From Desulfatibacillum sp. (GTDB lineage: Bacteria > Desulfobacterota > Desulfobacteria > Desulfobacterales > Desulfatibacillaceae), in the NCBI GenBank assembly GCA_016342355.1, contig JAEINP010000053.1:8245-32244 (forward strand): a stretch of DNA of 24,000 bases, in the 5' to 3' direction. Shown piece by piece: positions 1 through 6,288 of the stretch. The notes beneath the pieces are model-generated. The model worked only from the letters and a program-made list of their open reading frames with translations. It was not told where the DNA came from and searched no databases. Numbering within the stretch: the first letter of the stretch is position 1; every line of letters starts with the position of its first letter. A program made the translations under genes and the position numbers.

Positions 1-1
1 C

Positions 2-949
2 CATGGCACCAACATCATTGCTGGTCTCGGCGTGTCCATGCAGGCGACTGCTGCTCCTGTTATCGCCATCTGCGTCGGTATCTTCATCGCTAATCATTTT
101 GCAGGCCTGTACGGCATCGCCATGGCTGCCATGTCCATGCTGTCCATGACCGGTATGGTTATTGCTGTTGACGCATACGGCCCCATCACCGACAATGCCG
201 GCGGCATCGCTGAAATGGCTGAAATGGACGAATCCGTCCGCGCCGTCACCGACCCCCTGGACGCTGTGGGTAACACCACCAAGGCTGTCACCAAGGGTTA
301 CGCCATCGGCTCCGCCGGTTTGGCTGCTCTGGTTCTGTTCGCTTCCTACGTGTTTGAATTCCAGATTCGTGGCGGCGAAGGCGCTGCAAAAATCGCTTTT
401 GACCTGTCCGACGTGAATGTTATCATTGGCCTGTTCCTCGGTGGTCTGCTGCCTTACCTGTTCGCTTCCATGGCCATGATGGCTGTTGGCCGCGCCGGTG
501 GCGCTGTTGTTGAGGAAGTTCGCCGTCAGTTCCGCGAAATCCCCGGCATCATGGAAGGCACCGCCAAGCCCGATTACGCTGCTTGCGTTGACATCGTCAC
601 CACTTTCGCTCTGAAAGAGATGATGGTTCCCGCTCTGCTGCCCGTGCTGGCTCCTGTTGTTGTTGGCCTGCTCCTTGGCAAGGTTGCTCTGGGCGGTCTG
701 TTGATTGGTTCCATCATCACCGGTCTGTTCGTGGCTATCTCCATGACCACGGGCGGCGCCGCATGGGACAATGCTAAGAAATACATCGAAGACGGCCACC
801 TGGGCGGCAAGGGCTCTGACGCCCATAAAGCTGCTGTCACCGGCGACACCGTAGGCGACCCCTACAAGGACACCGCTGGCCCGGCCGTCAACCCCATGAT
901 CAAGATCCTGAACGTTGTTGCTCTGCTTATGGTGCCTTTCCTGGTTTAA
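2..949 (+). CDS. hppA: Membrane H+-translocating pyrophosphatase, C-terminal ~315 aa (5' end lies outside the window)
   Basis: The frame is open from base 2 ([17 protein letters not shown]...) to TAA at 947-949, with no start in the window. Hallmark H+-PPase motifs are present: [35 protein letters not shown] and [21 protein letters not shown]. The Lys in GNTTKA is the residue associated with K+-independent enzymes. Confidence 0.95.
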   Translation, partial: HGTNIIAGLGVSMQATAAPVIAICVGIFIANHFAGLYGIAMAAMSMLSMTGMVIAVDAYGPITDNAGGIAEMAEMDESVRAVTDPLDAVGNTTKAVTKGYAIGSAGLAALVLFASYVFEFQIRGGEGAAKIAFDLSDVNVIIGLFLGGLLPYLFASMAMMAVGRAGGAVVEEVRRQFREIPGIMEGTAKPDYAACVDIVTTFALKEMMVPALLPVLAPVVVGLLLGKVALGGLLIGSIITGLFVAISMTTGGAAWDNAKKYIEDGHLGGKGSDAHKAAVTGDTVGDPYKDTAGPAVNPMIKILNVVALLMVPFLV

Positions 950-997
950 TCGCACCCGCAGGACGAACACGCTTGATCGCAGTATAAGCAGTACCCG

Positions 998-1030
998 GGG
1001 GCCGATGCCTTGCGCATCGGCCCCTTTTTT
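998..1030 (+). terminator. Rho-independent terminator downstream of hppA
   Basis: An 11-bp GC-rich stem, GGGGCCGATGC (998-1008) pairing with GCATCGGCCCC (1014-1024), has a 5-nt loop and is followed directly by TTTTTT (1025-1030). Confidence 0.8.
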
Positions 1031-1076
1031 GTCATCCCCATCGCCCCCTATTTATTGCGGATATTTTCCGACTGTT

Positions 1077-1105
1077 GCATCTATTCATTTTTTATGATAT
1101 ATATA
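1077..1105 (+). promoter_or_regulatory. Candidate sigma70-type promoter for carD
   Basis: TTGCAT (1077-1082), a 17-nt spacer, then TATATA (1100-1105) inside an (AT)6 run. It sits in an AT-rich stretch about 130 nt upstream of the carD ATG. Pattern match only. Confidence 0.35.
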
Positions 1106-1234
1106 TATTCTGGTAGGCCGGTATGAACTGGCGACCCGTTTATGGAAACGGGAAGAGTGGGCTTCGGATTCCGGAGGATGGGAATAGGAAGCCTCTTGTA
1201 TTTTAATGCGAACGGTAAAATTTAGGTGGATATA

Positions 1235-1768
1235 ATGAGCGAGAATCTGCAGGTAAATACAATCCAGGAACCTTCGGAGGAATATTCCTTTTCCGTCAAC
1301 GACCTGGCCGTTTATCCTGCTCACGGCGTGGGCCGCATCGAAGCAGTGGAGACCCGCACCATTGGCGGAGAAAAGCAAAGTTTTTATATTATGCGCATCC
1401 TGGAAAACGACATGGTCATTATGATCCCTACCCAAAATGTGGAATCTGTGGGCCTGCGGGAAGTCATAGCCAAGGATGACGTGTCACAAGTGTACGCAAT
1501 CCTGGGAGAAAAGGAAATTCCTCCCGACAATCAGACCTGGAATCGCCGTTACCGGGACTATATGGAAAAGATCAAAACGGGAAGCCTTTTTGAAGTCGCA
1601 GGCGTATTCCGGGATCTTTACCTGCTTAAAGTCACCAAAGACCTCTCCTTTGGAGAACGCAAACTTTTGGATACGGCCCAAACCCTTCTGCTCAAGGAAC
1701 TTTCCATTGCCAAATCCTGCGCCGAAGAAGTCATAATGTCGGAAATCGAATCCTTACTGGAATCCTGA
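1235..1768 (+). CDS. carD: CarD/CdnL family RNA polymerase-binding transcription regulator
   Basis: The N-terminal CarD_TRCF-like module (FSVNDLAVYPAHGVGRIEAVETRTIGGEKQSFYIMRI) and the helical C-terminal half (WNRRYRDYMEKIKTGSLFEVAGVFRDLYLL) are typical of CarD/CdnL. I prefer ATG 1235 over GTG 1226 because AGGTGGA (1224-1230) sits 4 nt upstream of 1235. Confidence 0.9.
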   Translation: MSENLQVNTIQEPSEEYSFSVNDLAVYPAHGVGRIEAVETRTIGGEKQSFYIMRILENDMVIMIPTQNVESVGLREVIAKDDVSQVYAILGEKEIPPDNQTWNRRYRDYMEKIKTGSLFEVAGVFRDLYLLKVTKDLSFGERKLLDTAQTLLLKELSIAKSCAEEVIMSEIESLLES

Positions 1769-1839
1769 TTCTCTCCGGTTCGGGTCCCATTCAGAGCTCA
1801 GCCCTCTCGGTTCCACTTTCCGGGGGGAGGATTAAACCC

Positions 1840-2811
1840 ATGACGGGTGTTCAATCCCACCAATTTATTGTAAATGATACGGAACAGGGACAAAGGCTTG
1901 ACGCTTTTGTCCCTGTTCGTTGTTCCACCCTGTCCCGCAATGCCTGTTTGCGCCTCATCAAACAAGGCCAGATCACCGTTGATAACCAAATCAAAAAACC
2001 GGCCTATACCCTTAAAGCCGGACAAACCATATGCATAGTGGTGCCGGAACCGGAAACCTCGGACATTCTGCCCCAGGACATGGACCTGGATATTCTTTTT
2101 GAAGATAAGGATATCGTGGTGGTTAACAAGGCGCCAGGCTTGGTGGTGCATCCGGGGCCTGGCCATGGACACAATACCCTTGTAAACGCCCTCCTGTACC
2201 ACTGTAAAGATCTTTCCGGTATAGGGGGGGTGCAAAGACCAGGTATAGTCCACAGGCTGGATAAGGACACCTCGGGGGTTATTCTGATCGCCAAAAACGA
2301 CCTTGCTCACCTTGGCCTGGCGCACCAGTTTGCCAATCGGACCATGGATAAAATGTATCTTGCCCTGGCCCATGGGGTGATCAAGGAAGACACGGGAAAA
2401 GTGGACCTGCCCATAGGAAGACATCCGTCAGACCGCAAGCGCATGCATGTGTCCACCCCGGCACGCGGCCGGGAGGCCCTTAGCCTATGGAAAGTAAGGG
2501 AACGATTTCAGGACGCCACCTTTGTGGAAGTGGCAATCAAGACAGGCAGAACCCATCAGATAAGGGTGCATTTGGCCGCCCTGCACCATCCGGCCATTGG
2601 GGACCCTGTGTACGGCGGCAGAAAAAAACGAGGGCGCTTGCCTGCCTCACTGCAGGGAAAACTTCCAGTCCCGGAACGCCAGATGCTCCACGCGCACATC
2701 ATTCAATTTAACCATCCCGTATCCGGGGAGAGGCTCACCTGTACAGCGTCCCTGCCAAAGGATATGGCGGATTTATTGTCGGTGCTTAGGGAACAACAGA
2801 AAAAAAATTGA
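1840..2811 (+). CDS. rluD: RluA/RluD-family 23S rRNA pseudouridine synthase (S4 domain plus catalytic domain)
   Basis: An N-terminal S4-like RNA-binding region (QRLDAFV...RLIKQGQITVDN) is followed by the catalytic motif HRLDKDTSGVILIAK and then KTGRTHQIRVHLA. The SD GGAGG (1826-1830) lies 9 nt upstream of the ATG. Confidence 0.9.
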   Translation: MTGVQSHQFIVNDTEQGQRLDAFVPVRCSTLSRNACLRLIKQGQITVDNQIKKPAYTLKAGQTICIVVPEPETSDILPQDMDLDILFEDKDIVVVNKAPGLVVHPGPGHGHNTLVNALLYHCKDLSGIGGVQRPGIVHRLDKDTSGVILIAKNDLAHLGLAHQFANRTMDKMYLALAHGVIKEDTGKVDLPIGRHPSDRKRMHVSTPARGREALSLWKVRERFQDATFVEVAIKTGRTHQIRVHLAALHHPAIGDPVYGGRKKRGRLPASLQGKLPVPERQMLHAHIIQFNHPVSGERLTCTASLPKDMADLLSVLREQQKKN

Positions 2812-2830
2812 GGATTCGGCGTCAGAGCAA

Positions 2831-4441
2831 TCAGACAGGATCTTCCTGCCCAAGCAAAATTAACGCATTGCAGGCGGCATCCTGTTCGGCGGCCTTTTTG
2901 CTCCGTCCCTGGCCTTCGGAGGAATACTCGTCATTCACGATTACTTTGGCAATGAAGATTTTTTCGTGGTCCGGGCCGAATTCCCGAATCAACTCGTAGC
3001 TGGGCGTCGTACGCAGTTGTGACTGGGAGAATTCCTGAAGCCGTGTTTTGTAGTCCAAGGTGTTGGCCACGGCGGGTTCTTTGGGAATAAGGGGGGCAAT
3101 CAGGGCCTGAACCGTTTTAAATGCCCCTTTGTATCCCGTGTCTGAATAAATGGCACCGAAAACCGCTTCCAGGCTGTCTGCAAGTATGGAATTCTTGTCC
3201 CATCCCCGGCCCCGGGCTTCCCCTTTGCCAAGGAGAATGTGCTGGCCGATTCCCAGGCCCCGGGCAATTTCCGCCAATTGTCCCTCGTTGACTAAACTGG
3301 CGCGCAGGCGGGAAAGGTCTCCTTCCCGGTTTTTGGCGTATTTGGTCATAAGCATGTCGCTCACCACCAGGTTCAACACCGCGTCGCCCAAAAACTCCAG
3401 GCGTTCATTATGGGACCAGGCGCACTCCGGATGTTCGTTCACATAAGAGCTGTGGCACATGGCTTCCAGCAACCATTCCTTATTGCGGAAGCTGTAATTC
3501 AAAGACTTCTCCAGGACGGAAAGATCTTTTCCAGGAATGATTTCCACGGGCGCACTTTGACATGTTGCCTGTTCCCGATGAAACTCCGCCATACGTTCGT
3601 ATAACTCCGAAGGAACAAACAGATCGCCTTTTCCCGTTCCAATTTGTATGTCCGGCTTGCTTGCCCCATGAAAATCCGAGCCCCCGGTGATCAGCAGGTT
3701 CAGCTTTTTGGCCATGGCAAAATACCGGGACACCAGGTCCGGCCCGTGCTGAGGATAATACACTTCCAGCCCGGCAAGGCCCCACTCTTTAAGCTGGGCT
3801 AAAAAGTCCAAAGCCTTTTCAGGAGAAAAATCAAGGGAAAACGGATGGGCGCAAACAGGCAGGCCACCGGCCTGTAGGATGAGTTCTATGGCCTTTTGGG
3901 CCGATAGGCGATATTTCCCCACATAGGCGGCCTGATCCTTGGCAAGATAATAGTCAAAGGCTTCCCGGGTGGTGTTGACCATGCCCTTGCGCACCAGAAC
4001 CTGGGCAATGTGAGGCCTGCCAACCTGTCCGCCGCCGGAAATCTCTTCCGCCTCGGCCAGGGTGACATCCAGGCCCAAACCTTGCAATTTTCTGATGATT
4101 TTAGGGTTCCGGTCCGCCCTGGCGTCCTGAAGCACCTTAAGCGCCCTTTCGAGCTCGGACTCCTGAAGATCGATAAAATATCCCAGGATATGAAGACTTC
4201 CCTTGGAAGGAAAGGAAGACGGGATGTCTGCAGAAATCTCCACTCCGGTGACAAACTGCAATCCGGGAGGAATCCCGGAATCCAGAGCTTCTTTGGTTCC
4301 GTCTATGGTATCATGATCCGTGATGGCAATCGCATACATGCCAAGGCCTTGGGCGGTTGCCAGAATCTCCCCGGGAGTAAGCGTGCCATCTGAGGCAGTG
4401 GAGTGGATATGCAGGTCTATCCGGCCATCCCTATATGCCAA
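2831..4441 (-). CDS. rnc: Fusion protein: N-terminal PHP-family phosphoesterase (YciV/TrpH-like) plus C-terminal ribonuclease III with dsRBD
   Basis: One continuous 536-codon frame. Residues 1-285 carry the PHP metal-ligand pattern: DLHIHSTASDG, ITDHDT, LHILGY, CAHP, GGSDFHG. Residues ~305-536 are a full RNase III: ERLEFLGDAVL, NSILADSLEAVFGAIY, and a dsRBD tail ending in RSKKAAEQDAACNAL. The start is TTG at 4441 with a GGGAGAG SD just upstream; there is no in-frame ATG near the N-terminus. Confidence 0.85.
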   Translation of the reverse strand: MAYRDGRIDLHIHSTASDGTLTPGEILATAQGLGMYAIAITDHDTIDGTKEALDSGIPPGLQFVTGVEISADIPSSFPSKGSLHILGYFIDLQESELERALKVLQDARADRNPKIIRKLQGLGLDVTLAEAEEISGGGQVGRPHIAQVLVRKGMVNTTREAFDYYLAKDQAAYVGKYRLSAQKAIELILQAGGLPVCAHPFSLDFSPEKALDFLAQLKEWGLAGLEVYYPQHGPDLVSRYFAMAKKLNLLITGGSDFHGASKPDIQIGTGKGDLFVPSELYERMAEFHREQATCQSAPVEIIPGKDLSVLEKSLNYSFRNKEWLLEAMCHSSYVNEHPECAWSHNERLEFLGDAVLNLVVSDMLMTKYAKNREGDLSRLRASLVNEGQLAEIARGLGIGQHILLGKGEARGRGWDKNSILADSLEAVFGAIYSDTGYKGAFKTVQALIAPLIPKEPAVANTLDYKTRLQEFSQSQLRTTPSYELIREFGPDHEKIFIAKVIVNDEYSSEGQGRSKKAAEQDAACNALILLGQEDPV

Positions 4442-4793
4442 GGGCTCTCTCCCTGGCTTCGGCCTTGGTTTTACAGTCTATGCATTGGGTCGTAACAGGC
4501 CTGGCCTTTAGACGTTCAACGGAGATATCTTCGCCGCATTCCTCACAAATGCCAAATTCTCCAGTATCAATTCTATCCAGGGTTTTGCGGATTTTTTTGA
4601 TAAGTTTGCTTTCTCTGTCACGAATCCTGAGCATAAAATTACGGTCCGTCTCAACGGAAGCGCGATCGGTGGGGTCGGGAAAATTTTCCTTGCGCTCGGA
4701 CATATCCGTCACAGTGTCACCGGCGTAATGCAGCAACTCATGTAATTGATCTTCGAGCAGCTTTCTGAACATTTCCAGGTCTTTTTTCTTCAT
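4431..4793 (-). CDS. dksA: RNA polymerase-binding transcription factor DksA (C4 zinc finger)
   Basis: The 120-aa product aligns by eye with E. coli DksA. It has the coiled-coil tip NFPDPTDRASVE (DxxDxA), then RDRESKLIKKIRKTLDRI and the C4 finger CEECGEDI...CIDCK. I chose ATG 4793 (GAGG SD upstream) over the ORF-track start at 4913. The TAG stop at 4431-4433 overlaps the downstream TTG start by 11 nt. Confidence 0.9.
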   Translation of the reverse strand: MKKKDLEMFRKLLEDQLHELLHYAGDTVTDMSERKENFPDPTDRASVETDRNFMLRIRDRESKLIKKIRKTLDRIDTGEFGICEECGEDISVERLKARPVTTQCIDCKTKAEARERALGI

Positions 4794-5108
4794 AGCAATA
4801 CCTCGAAATCCTGAACTTTTAAACTCGAACCAAAATAGCAGCCTCAACCGAAAAGGAAACTTGCCTATCATGATTACTTGGGCTTGTAAAGTCCTATCTC
4901 GGTTTTGCTCCAATTTCTCCCAGGCATTTTACAAGCCCCAGGCCTGTAATTACTATCGGCCATGCATGTTGATTGCTTTAATGTCAGATGTTTATCCGAA
5001 CTAGAGTGACATGGTTGCTTCGTCACGGCCTAATGGAGCCTTGCGAAAAACATGCCGCCCCAACTTTGGGGAATCTGTAAAAGTGGCTATTTCAGCAAAC
5101 CCAAAAAG

Positions 5109-5312
5109 TTAAATTTTTCCGGCTGTTACCAGTCGGGCAAAATGCTCGAAGGAGCGGTCATAGGTGGCTTCCGCATCCGGGGGAAAGGCGCAGCCTGGCA
5201 ATTGCCTGCTTTTCAAATGATAGGCAATGCATTCGCAACAAATGCCCTGCTTGGCGCAGGAAGAATAGGTGCAGGTGCATCGTTCCAGATTTTTTTCCTT
5301 TTTACATTCCAT
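5109..5312 (-). CDS. Small Cys-rich protein (67 aa), resembles the DUF6485-type family
   Basis: MECKKEKNLERCTCTYSSCAKQGICCECIAYHLKSRQLPGCAFPPDAEATYDRSFEHF contains 8 Cys in CxC / CCxC / PxC spacing, which I recognise from a widespread ~65-aa family of unknown function. ATG 5312 has a GAGGA SD upstream. The longer ORF-track version (to 5483) has an unconvincing N-terminus. Confidence 0.7.
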   Translation of the reverse strand: MECKKEKNLERCTCTYSSCAKQGICCECIAYHLKSRQLPGCAFPPDAEATYDRSFEHFARLVTAGKI

Positions 5313-5365
5313 GGCGTTTTCCTCTGAAGTCAACAGAATGGCCCATACATGGGCATTCAAGGGTT

Positions 5366-5584
5366 TTACTGGTTTCCGAATCCGTTCTGTCCCCCGCAGT
5401 CCGGGCACTGCCAGGTGATCCCGTTGCAGGACATGCCCCAAAAATTCTCTTCCATGCAGTTTTGGCAAATCTGGAACCCGCACCGGCAGGTCCAGTTGAA
5501 CTCTGTTTCCGCTTTACAGCAGGAGCATATGTGGCCCCGTGCCTCACGTTTCAGCCGGTAGGCGCTCTTTTTCTTTTCGTTCAT
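5366..5584 (-). CDS. Small Cys-rich zinc-ribbon-like protein (72 aa), function unknown
   Basis: The product has 10 Cys, including the paired motifs CQNC and CPDC (HICSCCKAETEFNWTCRCGFQICQNCMEENFWGMSCNGITWQCPDCGG) and a basic N-terminus. The SD GGGAGA lies about 9 nt upstream of the ATG at 5584. It is on the same strand as the DUF6485-like gene and 53 nt upstream of it. Confidence 0.55.
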   Translation of the reverse strand: MNEKKKSAYRLKREARGHICSCCKAETEFNWTCRCGFQICQNCMEENFWGMSCNGITWQCPDCGGQNGFGNQ

Positions 5585-5685
5585 TGTCCCAAATCTCCCG
5601 TGTTAAAGCACTGTATAACACGGATCTTGTACTTTTGAACAACAGATGATAGCCTGCCCCGAAAAGTTAAATAAGGAGGCGTACA

Positions 5686-6264
5686 ATGTCAAGTAAGGAA
5701 AGTGTGGGGATTTCCCGGGAAGAGGCTCTTTCCCTTTTAAGGGAATATGTTCAGAACGAAAAAACCGTGGGCCATTGCCTGGCTTCCGAAGCCATTATGC
5801 GGGCGCTGGCCCGTCGTTTTTCCCAGGATGAGGAATTGTGGGGCTTGTCAGGACTCCTCCATGATCTGGATTATGAAATCATTGGCGAAGACATGTCCGT
5901 GCACGGAAAAAAAGCCGGGGAAATCCTGGAAGCCAAAGGCTGCTCGCCAACTTTGATTGAGGTCATCGCCAAACACAATGCTGAAGGCCTGGGCCTGGAA
6001 CGGACCACCCAATTTGAACACGCCCTTGCCTGCGCCGAAAGCATTACAGGCCTGATCGCCGCCACGGCCCTGGTCCAGCCGGACAAGAAACTGGCCAGCG
6101 TCAAAGCCAAAAGCGTCGCCAAACGCATGAAGCAGAACGCTTTTGCCAGGACAGTCAGCCGGGAATGCGTGATGGAGTGCGAAGTCATTGGCATTCCCAT
6201 TGCCGAGTTCTGCGCATTAGGCCTTGAAGCCATGAAAACAATATCGGACGACCTGGGCCTCTAA
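5686..6264 (+). CDS. HD/HDIG-domain metal-dependent phosphohydrolase
   Basis: H...HD signature: GHCLASEAIMRALA ... LSGLLHDLDYE ... AKHNAEG. A strong SD, AAGGAGG, lies 6 nt upstream of the ATG. Confidence 0.8.
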   Translation: MSSKESVGISREEALSLLREYVQNEKTVGHCLASEAIMRALARRFSQDEELWGLSGLLHDLDYEIIGEDMSVHGKKAGEILEAKGCSPTLIEVIAKHNAEGLGLERTTQFEHALACAESITGLIAATALVQPDKKLASVKAKSVAKRMKQNAFARTVSRECVMECEVIGIPIAEFCALGLEAMKTISDDLGL

Positions 6265-6288
6265 ACCCTCGCCTGCCACGGAGACTGC

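Noticed and set aside
4794-4913. A 40-codon N-terminal extension of dksA, and similarly the 5313-5483 extension of the DUF6485-like ORF
   Set aside because: The extensions are hydrophobic or junk-like. Internal ATGs with GAGG/GAGGA SD sequences give products matching the expected family lengths.
5050-5075. A CCCCAAAGTTGGGG palindrome, considered as a terminator for the DUF6485-like gene
   Set aside because: The stem is only 5-6 bp with a minimal loop, and the T-run (GTTTTT) is separated from it by 7 nt. That is not convincing as an intrinsic terminator.
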